Below are positions 45,210-55,305 of a stretch of 64,000 bases of DNA, piece by piece. Numbering within the stretch: the stretch's first letter is position 1; the number at the start of each line of letters is the position of its first letter. Below the pieces are notes generated by a model that worked only from the letters and a program-made list of their open reading frames with translations, was not told the origin of the DNA and made no database searches. The stretch is from a virus (lineage: Duplodnaviria > Caudoviricetes), in IMG/VR virus record IMGVR_UViG_3300025902_000014, positions 32,314 through 96,313 of that record; one strand, written 5' to 3'. Both the position numbers and the translations under genes were made by a program.

Positions 45210-45707
45210 GTGAAGAGAAGCCTCCTGTTTCTGGCGGCTGTGGTGCTGGCCGGGGCTCTTCTGGGGCCTCGGCCAGTGCCTCTCTTTTCGCCCCATGCGG
45301 CGGTGGCCCAGTGGACCCCGAGGCCAACCCCGAGGCCGACCGTAGTGCGGGCGACGCCTACGCCGTATCCGACTCAGCCACCGCTACCGACGCCCACCCC
45401 GAGGCCACCGACGCCGGTACCGCAGACCCCGACGCCCACCCCTACGTTGGCACCGGGAGCACCGACGCCAACCCCCAGACCGCCGACTCCGGTTCCGACT
45501 GCGGGTGCGTGTCCACAGACTCCGCTGATCCGGCTCCGGCCCATGCCGTTCTTGACGGCTCTGCCCCCCGTGGGTGGAAAGCTCCCGTGCGGGATCGACA
45601 TGCTTCCGTTCGGGTGCCCGCCGGGAAGTCCCGTGGAACTGCACCTGTACCACACGGAAGACCCGAACGAAGTACCGGCGGTCTATCACCTCGTGCGGGT
45701 GCGGTAG
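45210..45707 (+). CDS. Pro/Thr-rich protein with signal-like N-terminus
   Basis: PTPTP repeats. Confidence 0.55.
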   Translation: MKRSLLFLAAVVLAGALLGPRPVPLFSPHAAVAQWTPRPTPRPTVVRATPTPYPTQPPLPTPTPRPPTPVPQTPTPTPTLAPGAPTPTPRPPTPVPTAGACPQTPLIRLRPMPFLTALPPVGGKLPCGIDMLPFGCPPGSPVELHLYHTEDPNEVPAVYHLVRVR

Positions 45708-45745
45708 GGCTCACGCACTATCAGACGGAGAAGGAGAGCCACGTC

Positions 45746-46066
45746 ATGGGTGAATTCACCGATTGGGTCCACTACTTCATCAAGAACGCCATCGGCCTGA
45801 AGGTCTCGGATGCTCTCATCACGAGGTCGTACCCGCAGGTTCGTGTCCACGTCTACGCAGTGGGTGGGAACGCGACGGCGGCGGTGGTCGTGCTGGAGCA
45901 GTCCATCGACGAGGTGGGCTGGGAGATCATGGCGACGATCACGAACCCGACCACGTCGGGAGAGATGTACGTCCTCGACAACGCCCCCTACACCCGGGCG
46001 CGGATCGTCTCGTTCGTCCCGGCGGCCGGAGAGACCATCAACGTCGTTCTGGAGCAGGTGCAGTAG
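45746..46066 (+). CDS. small beta-sandwich protein resembling 44225
   Basis: LEQSID...W...PYTRAR versus VEGTLD...W...PYVRVK. Confidence 0.6.
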   Translation: MGEFTDWVHYFIKNAIGLKVSDALITRSYPQVRVHVYAVGGNATAAVVVLEQSIDEVGWEIMATITNPTTSGEMYVLDNAPYTRARIVSFVPAAGETINVVLEQVQ

Positions 46067-46106
46067 AGGGCGGAGCCTCGGCACTATCAGGAGAAGGAGC
46101 TGAACC

Positions 46107-46916
46107 ATGTCCCGGCCCCACCTCAAGAACACGGAGCTTCCTCACGTGCTTCGCTGCACCCAGTGTGGTGTCGAGAAACCGCTGACGGAAGAGTTCTTTG
46201 GGCGGCGACAGCTTCGGGGTGGGTCGGGGTGGAATTCGTCCTGTCGCGACTGCCGTAACAAGGTCCGGAACACCTCCCGCATTGGGGCGTGCAGAACTGG
46301 GGTCAACCTTCAGCGGCGAGAAGCTCGTCTTCAACTGAAGAGAACTCTGGTCTACCACTACTCACAGGGGCAGATGACTTGCGGCTGTTGCGGCTTCGGG
46401 GAGTTTGACGCCCTGACGCTCGATCACGTTTCTGGCGGAGGTCGGGAATCTTATCGGACTGCCCTTGGCGGGTCGAATCGGATGCTGTACGAGTGGGTGC
46501 GGAAAAATGGGATGCCGGAAGGTTTCCAGATTCTCTGCGCGAACTGCAACGCCTCGAAGCGCGATCGAGGAACTTGTCAGCACATTCGTGGCCCTTGGCT
46601 GGCGACCACCCCGGGGCAGGCGCAGTATCTCGCGCGGCGGCTCAAGGTGCTGGGCCACTACTCCGGGGGCAACATGCAGTGCGCTGCGTGTGGCGAACGG
46701 GAGATAGAGTTTCTCCAGCTCGATCATGTGGACGATGATGGGGCTGAACACCGCCGTAGTCTTGGGCTCAAGTCTGGCGATGGCCTCCTTCGCTGGTGCC
46801 TTCGGAATGGGTTTCCAGAAAGTCCTCGGCTTCAAGTTCTTTGTGCCAACTGCAATCTTTTGAAAAGGTTCGCGCATCTTAGGGCTCAGCACGTAGCTAA
46901 GTCCTTGAAGAAATAG
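46107..46916 (+). mobile_element. homing endonuclease with tandem HNH-like domains
   Basis: Two copies of CxxC...LDHV...QxLCANCN. Confidence 0.8.
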
Positions 46917-46925
46917 GAGGCTGTC

Positions 46926-47432
46926 TTGAGCAGAATGGGAGCCGCGCATCTCGCCCCGCAGGGGGGTGGCTACGAACCCCAGCGGAAGTACGACTTCGAG
47001 CTGGAACTCTACGGGGTTCCGGGGCAGGAAGTCATCAAGCTCTCGTGCGAGTCGTTCGACCCGCCCGCTGCCACGAACGATCCGATCGAGCTGGGCTACC
47101 TCAACGAGGTCGTCAAGGTGGCCGGACAGGCGAAGTGGGGCACGGGTTCGATCGTCGTCCGGGACATGGTGGATCAGCCGGTCTTCTCCAGCATCATGCA
47201 GTGGAAGAAGCAGGTTCACGACCCGGAGACCGGGAACACCGGTCTCGCGAGCACCTACAAGAAGCAGGGCGAGCTGGTTCTCATCGGACCGGACGGTTCG
47301 GCGGAGAAGCGGTACAAGATGATCGGGATCTGGCCGCAGGAGGTCAAGGCGGATCAGGTCTCGAACATGGACTCGAATCTCTTCAAGATCAACATCACCC
47401 TGAGCTGCGACAAGGCAATCCCACTTTTCTGA
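46926..47432 (+). CDS. tail tube protein (T4 gp19-like)
   Basis: YEPQRKYDF, VKVAGQAKW, YKKQGEL, IWPQ. Confidence 0.85.
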   Translation: MSRMGAAHLAPQGGGYEPQRKYDFELELYGVPGQEVIKLSCESFDPPAATNDPIELGYLNEVVKVAGQAKWGTGSIVVRDMVDQPVFSSIMQWKKQVHDPETGNTGLASTYKKQGELVLIGPDGSAEKRYKMIGIWPQEVKADQVSNMDSNLFKINITLSCDKAIPLF

Positions 47433-47435
47433 AGC

Positions 47436-47873
47436 ATGATCTCAACTAACCTTCTCTTCCCGAAGACCCTGCCCCGGACAGAAGCTGTCCGGAAACGGCG
47501 GACTCTTCAGCGCCGTGCGGCTCGGCAGAGCCCCGCTGAGAAGTCCCGGGCGGCCGACATCGCCCTTCGGTGGTACTACAAGAACCCCGAGAAGGTCCGG
47601 GAGAAGAGGGTGGCCTATCTCTACGGGATGTCGAAGGAGGAGTACCAGAAGCTCCTCGCAGCTCAGGGCGGGGTCTGCGCGATCTGCAAAGGGGCCGAGA
47701 CCCAGACCCACCCCCGGCACAAAACGCGGAAGCACCTCTCGGTCGATCATGTCCACGGAACGGGGGCGATCAGGGGCCTTCTCTGTTCCGCCTGCAACAC
47801 GGCCATCGGGCTCCTGAAAGATGATCCGGCTCTCCTGAATTCCGCCATCGCGTATCTGGCGCGTGTGGCCTGA
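47436..47873 (+). mobile_element. endonuclease VII-like homing endonuclease
   Basis: YGMSKEEY..QGGVCAIC...VDHVHGTGAIRGLLCSACN. Confidence 0.85.
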
Positions 47874-48026
47874 CGGCTCCTTTCGTCATCGGGGCCGGGT
47901 GGGGTAGACTGCTCACCCGGCCCTGATTCGGTAAAGACGCTTCCTCCTCTCTCCCGGTATGACGCTTTCCCTTCCGGCAGGAGGCTCGGGAGGTTCACGA
48001 ACATGGGAAGAAAGAGGAGGACACCA

Positions 48027-48926
48027 ATGCAGAACCCGTATTCGCCCACCCCGGTTGCCCGTCCGGCAGCCCCGGCTCCGGCTCCCACACCGGCTCCGGT
48101 TGCTCCGACCCCGGCTCCCGCTCCCGCGCAGGTGCCCCACTTTGCCCCGGGTGCCCCCAAGGATACCCGGATCTCGGCGACCGTGGAGCTTCCCTCCAAG
48201 GGGCTCTTCTACGGCAACACGTGCCCGGATGGGCTCGTGGAGATGTTCCCGATGACGGGGAAGGAAGAGGCCCTCGTGGCGGGGATGGAGTCGGGGGACA
48301 TCGCCGAGGTCTTCGACATCCTGCTTCGGCGGTGCCTGAAGACCTCCCTCGACCCGGACGACATGCTCTCCACGGACAAGTTCTACCTCGTCCTCGTTCT
48401 CCGGGCCAACAGCTACGGTTCCCACTACGAGTTCCGGGTGCGGTGCCCGCAGTGCGGCCTCTTCCAGCACCGGTCCTGCGAAGTGCCCACGGATTTCGAG
48501 CTGCTCACCCACAAGGGTGACGGCAACGAACCCTTCGAGACCGAGCTGCCGGTGTCGAAGGACCGGGTGAAGTTCCGACTTCTCCGGGGTCGGGACGACA
48601 AGGAAGTCCTGAAGTGGCGGAATCGCGAGATGGAGAAGGACATCCCGACCGTGGGTGACCCCTCTTACGTCTACCGCATGGCCAAGCACATCGTCGAGAT
48701 CAACGGCCAGAAGCCCGAGAACATCGGCGCGGCCATGCGCTGGTACGAGAACCTCCTCGCCGGGGATGCCTCCGCCTTCTCGAACGCCATCGACGACCAC
48801 ATCTCCGGGGTGAATACCGAGCTGGGCGTGGACTGCAAGAAGTGCAAGGTGCATTTCAAGACAGACATGCCCTTCACGGCGGGCTTTTTTCGTACTCACA
48901 CCAGAAGGTCTGGAAGCCCTGCGTGA
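48027..48926 (+). CDS. baseplate hub / tail assembly chaperone (T4 gp26-like)
   Basis: VELPSKG, MTGKEE, LRANSYG, CPQC, CKKC, FF near the end. Confidence 0.75.
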   Translation: MQNPYSPTPVARPAAPAPAPTPAPVAPTPAPAPAQVPHFAPGAPKDTRISATVELPSKGLFYGNTCPDGLVEMFPMTGKEEALVAGMESGDIAEVFDILLRRCLKTSLDPDDMLSTDKFYLVLVLRANSYGSHYEFRVRCPQCGLFQHRSCEVPTDFELLTHKGDGNEPFETELPVSKDRVKFRLLRGRDDKEVLKWRNREMEKDIPTVGDPSYVYRMAKHIVEINGQKPENIGAAMRWYENLLAGDASAFSNAIDDHISGVNTELGVDCKKCKVHFKTDMPFTAGFFRTHTRRSGSPA

Positions 48927-49083
48927 GGAGTATTTCACCCTCTGCTACTACGGCAAGGGGGGATGGGATCATGACGTCGTAGACGGGATGCCGACGTACT
49001 GGAGGAAGTGGTACTACCGACGGCTCCACGAGCAACTGGAGATGGAAAGGAAGGCCAAGGCAGAGATCGCAGGGGGGATGTAA
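48889..49083 (+). CDS. start-less chaperone extension (gp51/gpT-like), probably reached by frameshift
   Basis: LREEYFTLCYYG...DGMPTYWRKWYYRRL in the +1 frame after GGC TTT TTT C. Confidence 0.6.
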   Translation, partial: FVLTPEGLEALREEYFTLCYYGKGGWDHDVVDGMPTYWRKWYYRRLHEQLEMERKAKAEIAGGM

Positions 49084-49112
49084 CCGAGGGACTATCAAGG
49101 TGAGGTAGCGGC

Positions 49113-52100
49113 ATGGCGGACACGGGTACAGGGGGCGGAGGGGGCGGGGGTAGCGTAGGGGGCGCGATCGAAGCCCAGATGCTTCGATTCATCATCGAGG
49201 CTCGGGAAAACGTCTCCAAGGTTCTCAAGGATCTCGACGCCAACGTCGCTCGGTATGCCACCCGTATCGAGGGCAACTTCGAGGAGATCGGGGACGCTTC
49301 TGAGGAAGCGGCTGACGCCACTGAAGAAGGTTCGGAACGGGTCGGCAAGGCGGTCAGGGGGATGGCCCAGACCGCCTACGCCGCCACGGCCAAAGCTGTC
49401 GCGAGCTTCGAGAAGTTCGGGAACAACTACGCGGAGAGCCTGAAGAATTTCTCAGACGACCTCGCGAAGGTCGGGGTCAGCACCGAGAAGGCCGCGAAGA
49501 TGTTCACCGAGAACATCGCGGGACTCACTGACCCGGCTCCGTTCGATCTTATCAGCCGTCGCGGCACGGCCATGGCCCAGAAGCTCGGGGCGGTACTGGA
49601 CGCCACGGGGGACAAGGCTAAGAAGGCGGCGGCAGTCTTTCTTCACGACAACACGGAGGCCATCAAGGGGACCATCGCCCAGTACAAGAAGTACGGAGAG
49701 GCTGTTCCACTGGAGCTGGCCAAGGCCGAGGCCGCGATCGACCGGATCAACGGCAAGCTCCAGCAGGGAAAGATCGGCCGGATGGCCGACGTCATCACCC
49801 GGCTCAAGGGGCTCTCTGCTGGAGACACGGCGGCCGGGGCCATCGCCATGGGGGCCTCGCACTACATGCGGGGCCGGGCCGAGGAGACTTACGGGACGGC
49901 GCGGAACGCAGCTCAGGTCTCCATGGGGGGCAAAGACCTCGTCAAGGATCGGTACCGGGAGATCTCGAATACCCGGATGGCCACCGGGGCCAACATTCAG
50001 GAACTCGCGGCCATCAACTCCGAGTTCGCCAAGATGGCGCACCTCGGCCCGCAGTCCTTCAAGGAGGTCGGAACGGCGGCCATGAAGCTCTCCCGGACGA
50101 CCGGGATGGGCGTGGACGAGGCCGCGAAGTTCAACCTCAACCTCCGGCAGATGTACAAGATGTCGGGGGCAGCGGCCGACGAGGTCTCGACGAAGATCAC
50201 GGTCCTGTCCAAGCTCTCGGGAGTCTCGGCGGACGAGTTCGCACAGATCTACGACGAGCTGAAGTTCACCCGGTTCGCTCTCGATGGGAACGTGGAATCC
50301 GCGAAGCGGCTGGCCAACACGGTGGCCGAGGCCGCTGCGGAGATGGGGAAGTACGGGATTTCCTCGAAGGACATCCTGAAGGACGTCAAGGGCCGGATGA
50401 CGGGTGGGATCGACGAGTACACCAAGAACATCAAGGCCCTCGTCATGGGTGGGAAGACTGTCAAGGAGGCTCAGGATCTTCTCGATGCCGAAGCTCGCGG
50501 CGACAAGGGGGCCACGGCTGAGATCGCCAAGGCGAAGGGTCAGGCGTACGCCCGGCTCAAGAAGATGAGCGGGGGCGGGGCACGAGGGAATGCCATGGCG
50601 AACACCATGGCGACGACCATGGGCCTCGGGGACGTCGAAGAACTCCAGAAGCAGGCAGCCTACGCCAAGGGGGAGATGAAGGGTCCGGTCGAGGAGTTCA
50701 TCAAGAACCCGAGATCCGAGGAGGCCAAGAAGCAGCGGGCGCAGGCCACGGAAGACATCGCCACGGCGAGCGAACTCCGGCAGCGGGGGTATGAGTCCGC
50801 CGCCGGGGCCACGGCGCTCTCCCAGCAGGGGATCTACGAGCTGGAGATTCAGGCGTCCAAGCTCTTCATGAAGGCCGCGCAGCAGCTAGAGGGGGTGACC
50901 GGGCGGCTGGGGTCGGCCGGGACCAACCTCCTCGGGGGCGCAGCGCAGCTCGGGGCCATGGCCTACGGCGGCAAGGTGCTCTGGCAGGGGGCCAAGGCCG
51001 TCCTCAACATTGGCAGCAAGGGGGCTGGGGTCGCCGGGGTGGCCGGAGAGGCCGCAGGGGCCGCAGGAGTCGCTGGAGAGGCCGCAGGGGCCGCCGGGCA
51101 GGCTGCTGGGGCGGCTGGGCAGGCTGGACGAGTGGGCGGCATCCTCGCCCGGACCCGGGCGGGCCTGACGCTGGGCTCGGAACGTCTCCTCGGGGGCGTT
51201 GCGGGCCGCCTCCCGGGGTGGGGGTCCAAGGCCGGGGGTCTGGTGGGCCGGGCGGGCCGGTTCATCGCCAACGACCTCGGGACGCTCGCTCGCTCCGGGA
51301 CTGGAATCGCTCGGGCGGGGCTGACCTCCGGGTCCGAGAGGGTCGTCGGCGGGCTCGCGAGCCGTCTCCCGGGGTGGGGAGCCAAGGCCGGAAGTCTGGT
51401 GGGCCGGGCCGGTGCTCTGGCGAGTCAGATCCCCGGGTGGGGCGGGCGCGCGGCCCTCGCAGCCAAGGGGGTTGCGGGCCGGGTCGCCGCTGTCGGGTCC
51501 AAGATCCCCGGGCTGGGGGCAGTCGGACGGGTTGCCAGCAAGGTGGCACTTCCGGCTCAGGTCGGCTACGAACTCGGGAATGCCACGAAGAAGCTGCTCG
51601 TGGCGTGGGTCGGGAAGAAGGAAGCCGAAGCTGAGGCTTACGACTCCGAGGCTCAGGCCAAGTACCAGAAGCTCCAGCTCTACAAGAAGCAGGTATCCAA
51701 GGCCGAGGAACTCGGGGATGCGGCCAAGGTCAAGAAGCTCCGGGAGCAGATGTCGAAGGAGTTCGGCACCCGGGCGAGCGGCCCGGCAGCGCTGGCCCCC
51801 GTCCCGGAGACCCCCATGAAGATGGGGGAGACCGCCAAGGCAGCGGGCATGTCGGCGCAGGACAAGGCCGTGGCCAACACCGTGGAGGCCATGGCCACAG
51901 CGACCGAGGAGAGCACGGAGAAGACAACGGATTCGGCGAAGGACGTCCGGGACTACATGTCGCAGGCGGCGATCTACGCCGCCCGGATCGCCAGCGGCCT
52001 TCGTGGGGCTGGGGAAACTCGGACTTCCCCCTCGACCGGCAGCACTTCTCCCTCGACCGTCGTCGAATCCGAACCGGGCCGGGCGGGTTCGCAGTCCCGG

Positions 52101-52835
52101 GCGTACGAGGCCCGGCAGAATCCGGCGACGGCTCAGGTCTCGTCTGGAGGGGGTGAGGCCACCGGGGGCGGCCCCACGTCTCTGGGGCAGGCCATCGCCA
52201 AGCAGGAGGGCTACTACGCCAAGGGGAAGGCCCCGAATCACGGGCAGCGCAACAACAACCCCGGGAACATCCGGGTCTACGGCTGGAAGAAGGCCATGGA
52301 CCCGGCCGAGGCCATGCGCCGGGCCAAGAAGCAGGGAGCGGAGGGGTACGACCCGAAGAGCGGGTTCCTGAAGTTCTCCTCGCCCGAGGCGGGGTTCAAG
52401 GGACTGGATCGCCAGCTCGGGATCGACGCCAAGCGGGGGCTGTCCGTCGGGCAGCTCATCGAGAAGTACGCGCCTCCGTCCGAGAACAACACGGCGGCCT
52501 ACAAGAACGCCATCGCGAAGAGCGGATTCGCCTCGAACATGCCTCTCTCGCAGGCCATGGGGCGGACCACGGCTGAGCCCGTCACCCCGCCTCTCGGGGT
52601 TATGGCGAGCCAGTCGATGACTCCCCCGCAGCAGATGGCCAGCATGGCTACCCCGGTACAGACGGCTCCGGAACCGTTCACGGGGGCGACGAAGGGGGAT
52701 CAGTCGGTGGTAGCCGAGATTCGGAGAGGAAACGCCATCCTCGCGCAACTGGCATCTGCCACGAATCGCCCCGGACGGAACCCGAATCCTGCATCTCCGA
52801 TGTTCAATGAGATTGTGGGTGGGGGGATGGGCTAG
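49113..52835 (+). CDS. tape measure protein with a C-terminal lysozyme-like domain
   Basis: 1240 aa, Ala/Gly-rich and helical; IAKQEG...RNNNPGNIR...YAPPSENNT. Confidence 0.85.
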   Translation: MADTGTGGGGGGGSVGGAIEAQMLRFIIEARENVSKVLKDLDANVARYATRIEGNFEEIGDASEEAADATEEGSERVGKAVRGMAQTAYAATAKAVASFEKFGNNYAESLKNFSDDLAKVGVSTEKAAKMFTENIAGLTDPAPFDLISRRGTAMAQKLGAVLDATGDKAKKAAAVFLHDNTEAIKGTIAQYKKYGEAVPLELAKAEAAIDRINGKLQQGKIGRMADVITRLKGLSAGDTAAGAIAMGASHYMRGRAEETYGTARNAAQVSMGGKDLVKDRYREISNTRMATGANIQELAAINSEFAKMAHLGPQSFKEVGTAAMKLSRTTGMGVDEAAKFNLNLRQMYKMSGAAADEVSTKITVLSKLSGVSADEFAQIYDELKFTRFALDGNVESAKRLANTVAEAAAEMGKYGISSKDILKDVKGRMTGGIDEYTKNIKALVMGGKTVKEAQDLLDAEARGDKGATAEIAKAKGQAYARLKKMSGGGARGNAMANTMATTMGLGDVEELQKQAAYAKGEMKGPVEEFIKNPRSEEAKKQRAQATEDIATASELRQRGYESAAGATALSQQGIYELEIQASKLFMKAAQQLEGVTGRLGSAGTNLLGGAAQLGAMAYGGKVLWQGAKAVLNIGSKGAGVAGVAGEAAGAAGVAGEAAGAAGQAAGAAGQAGRVGGILARTRAGLTLGSERLLGGVAGRLPGWGSKAGGLVGRAGRFIANDLGTLARSGTGIARAGLTSGSERVVGGLASRLPGWGAKAGSLVGRAGALASQIPGWGGRAALAAKGVAGRVAAVGSKIPGLGAVGRVASKVALPAQVGYELGNATKKLLVAWVGKKEAEAEAYDSEAQAKYQKLQLYKKQVSKAEELGDAAKVKKLREQMSKEFGTRASGPAALAPVPETPMKMGETAKAAGMSAQDKAVANTVEAMATATEESTEKTTDSAKDVRDYMSQAAIYAARIASGLRGAGETRTSPSTGSTSPSTVVESEPGRAGSQSRAYEARQNPATAQVSSGGGEATGGGPTSLGQAIAKQEGYYAKGKAPNHGQRNNNPGNIRVYGWKKAMDPAEAMRRAKKQGAEGYDPKSGFLKFSSPEAGFKGLDRQLGIDAKRGLSVGQLIEKYAPPSENNTAAYKNAIAKSGFASNMPLSQAMGRTTAEPVTPPLGVMASQSMTPPQQMASMATPVQTAPEPFTGATKGDQSVVAEIRRGNAILAQLASATNRPGRNPNPASPMFNEIVGGGMG

Positions 52836-53341
52836 TGTCGTACTCCGCGCTGGACAACGCCATCATCACGGACATGGACGGCGGCGGGTCCATGAAGCTC
52901 CAGTTCATGCCCGACACGATCACGGATTCCAAGCGGGCGAACTTCACGGACTACGTCATCTTGGGCCGGTCCTCTCCGTTGAAGGGCTACCAGAATGGGC
53001 CGTCCCGGACGATCGAATTCACGGCGGTCTTCTTCGCCTCCCCCCATCAGGAGAACCCGAGTCCCACCCCGGGAGAGATCAAGACCAAGGTGGACTGGCT
53101 CATGTCCCTGCCCTACCCCGATTACAGCGCCGGGATCATGCCTCCACACAGGTGCTTCGTGCAGATCGGGGAGAACGTCTCTCTCATCGCCGTCTGCACG
53201 GCGGCCTCGGTCACGTACCGCAAGGGCATCCCGTGGGATCTTGGTCCCGGGCTCGTCCATGGTGCCGAGGTCTCCCTGTCCTTCGAGGAGGTCAAGGACG
53301 TTCCGGTTGATGTCTACGACGTTCGGGGTGGAAATGGCTAA
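52835..53341 (+). CDS. tube initiator / baseplate protein
   Basis: QFMPDTITDSK...ILGRSSP...PP; follows the tape measure gene. Confidence 0.7.
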   Translation: MSYSALDNAIITDMDGGGSMKLQFMPDTITDSKRANFTDYVILGRSSPLKGYQNGPSRTIEFTAVFFASPHQENPSPTPGEIKTKVDWLMSLPYPDYSAGIMPPHRCFVQIGENVSLIAVCTAASVTYRKGIPWDLGPGLVHGAEVSLSFEEVKDVPVDVYDVRGGNG

Positions 53342-53684
53342 GACAACGTCCGAGCTGACCCCCCTTCCCCGGGGGTCCGAGGCGGTTCATCCGTTCTCCC
53401 GGTTTTTCGGGCAGAACCTCTTCTTTGAGGGTGGGACGAAATTCTGGGGCACGTGGGAGCCCATCAGCCTTCCTGCTCATCCGGCAGATTCCTACTATAC
53501 GGTCACGGAAGCCATGGAGGGACGCCTCGATCTGATCGCCTACAGGTACTACCGGTCACCTGAACTCTGGTGGGTCATCGCGGAGGCCAACAACCTCTTT
53601 TTCGTCCCGGAGGACGTGGTGGTTGGCATGGTTCTCCGGATTCCCTCCTACACGACGATCACGTCTCTCGGGCTGGTCCGATGA
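53334..53684 (+). CDS. LysM / gpX / gp53-like baseplate protein
   Basis: RLDLIAYRYY..PELWWVIAEAN...LRIP. Confidence 0.8.
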   Translation: MAKTTSELTPLPRGSEAVHPFSRFFGQNLFFEGGTKFWGTWEPISLPAHPADSYYTVTEAMEGRLDLIAYRYYRSPELWWVIAEANNLFFVPEDVVVGMVLRIPSYTTITSLGLVR

Positions 53685-54079
53685 AGTACCAGCTCCGCAT
53701 CCTCGAAGACCTCGGGATCGACCGGGCGAGTATGCCCCAGTTCCCGAAGGCGAATCTGGACATGCTGCTGGCCGACCTGAAGTCTGACGGCATCCCGGTT
53801 CACCGGGTGAACGCTCCCGTCACGAACATCAAGCCCTCGCAGCGGGGCCATGACCCGTCTCACGCCGTGGGGATCGCGCAGAAAATGGCGGCCGGGGAGT
53901 TCCCGTTGAAGCCCCTTCTCGTGAGCAAGGACTGGTACCTTCTCGACGGACACCACCGCTGGGCGGCGTCCAAGCTCGTCAAGCCGAAGGGGGAAGTCCC
54001 GGTCATCTGGATTGGCCTCAACTTCAAGGATCTGCTGAGCTACGCCGACAAGCACAGCGGGCCGAGGAAGACCCTCTGA
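53681..54079 (+). CDS. ParB/Srx-like domain protein
   Basis: IKPSQ, PLLVSKDWYLLDGHHRWAA. Confidence 0.75.
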   Translation: MKYQLRILEDLGIDRASMPQFPKANLDMLLADLKSDGIPVHRVNAPVTNIKPSQRGHDPSHAVGIAQKMAAGEFPLKPLLVSKDWYLLDGHHRWAASKLVKPKGEVPVIWIGLNFKDLLSYADKHSGPRKTL

Positions 54080-55305
54080 TGCTTTCTCCTTCTTTTTATG
54101 TGCGTAACCCTTCGATCGCTTTCGCGTGGCTGTGGATCGGGGGAACCCCCATCACGGTGGATGACCTGACCGGGCGGCCCCGGCATCTCGAAGCGTTTTC
54201 TTGTCATTTTGATCTGGAGGAGCTGGGGAACTTCGACTTCCAGCTTTTTGATCCGGACTACGACTTCATCGAAGAGCAGGTGGCAAAGTCCAAGGGGGAA
54301 TGCACCTTCAAGTTCGGGTACACCCACGGAAACGAAAGCCCCCTCTACACCGGTAAGATTCTCGAATACGTTCCGGAATTCCTGTACGACGGCATTCGTA
54401 TTCACCTCCGTGGCACTCTGGAAGCCCTGACCTTCGCCAAGGCTCAGAAGACCCGGGCGTGGCCGGACAAGAAGATCTCGGACATCGTGCGCGAGATCGC
54501 GGCCGACAACGGGTTCAAGGCCGACGTAGACGATACGAAGAAGGTGGAGTTCCGCGAGGAGCTGGAAGAAACCGACCTCAAGAACAAGAAGTGGAACCAG
54601 CATGGGTCGGACTGGCAGTTTCTCCTGACCAAGCTCCAGAAGCAGGCGGTTCGGGAGAAGGACGACGCAGGTGGCTACGTGATGTACGTGGACGCGGACA
54701 CGAAGACCTTGCACTTCCATCCCCCGAGGTATGAGAAGGGGCCGGTTCGCACATTCGTCTGGCGGGACAAGATGACCGAGGTCATCCGGTTCTCACCCAG
54801 CTATCAGGGGAACATGCTGGCCACCCTTTTTACCGGGGGTATGACGGCCATGCCGTCTCAGGATGCCGAGAATTCGGAGACCAAGCCCAACCCTCAGAGC
54901 GTGGATAAGGGGTCGGGCAAGGGCTCCTCGACGGACCCTGCGCGAAACATGACTCGGAAACCTGAGACACAGGAGGAGTTCGCGGCTCAGGCCCGGGGTA
55001 TCAGCGACTGGAATGACAAGTACATGGCGCAGAACGCAGCTAAGTTCTGGTGGTACCGGGCTGCGTGGATGGCAGCTTTCGAGGGGGAGTTGGAGATTGT
55101 TGGCGACCCTTCGGTCAAGCCTTGGGAGAAGTACGAGGTTCAGGTCCACAAGAAGACCGGGGGCCTGCACTGGACATCGGGGCTCTACTGGTGCCACGGC
55201 ATCGACCACAAGATCGAGGGCGGTACCTACACCACGACGCTCGGGCTCTGGCGCTCTGACGGAGAAACCGGGGAGATCGCGAACCCCAAACTGGCAGGTG
55301 GCTGA
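54079..55305 (+). CDS. baseplate hub protein (P2 gpD / Mu gp44-like)
   Basis: ISDIVREIA, SDWQFL, IVGDP, SGLYW..IDHKI..GTYTT. Confidence 0.8.
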   Translation: MLSPSFYVRNPSIAFAWLWIGGTPITVDDLTGRPRHLEAFSCHFDLEELGNFDFQLFDPDYDFIEEQVAKSKGECTFKFGYTHGNESPLYTGKILEYVPEFLYDGIRIHLRGTLEALTFAKAQKTRAWPDKKISDIVREIAADNGFKADVDDTKKVEFREELEETDLKNKKWNQHGSDWQFLLTKLQKQAVREKDDAGGYVMYVDADTKTLHFHPPRYEKGPVRTFVWRDKMTEVIRFSPSYQGNMLATLFTGGMTAMPSQDAENSETKPNPQSVDKGSGKGSSTDPARNMTRKPETQEEFAAQARGISDWNDKYMAQNAAKFWWYRAAWMAAFEGELEIVGDPSVKPWEKYEVQVHKKTGGLHWTSGLYWCHGIDHKIEGGTYTTTLGLWRSDGETGEIANPKLAGG

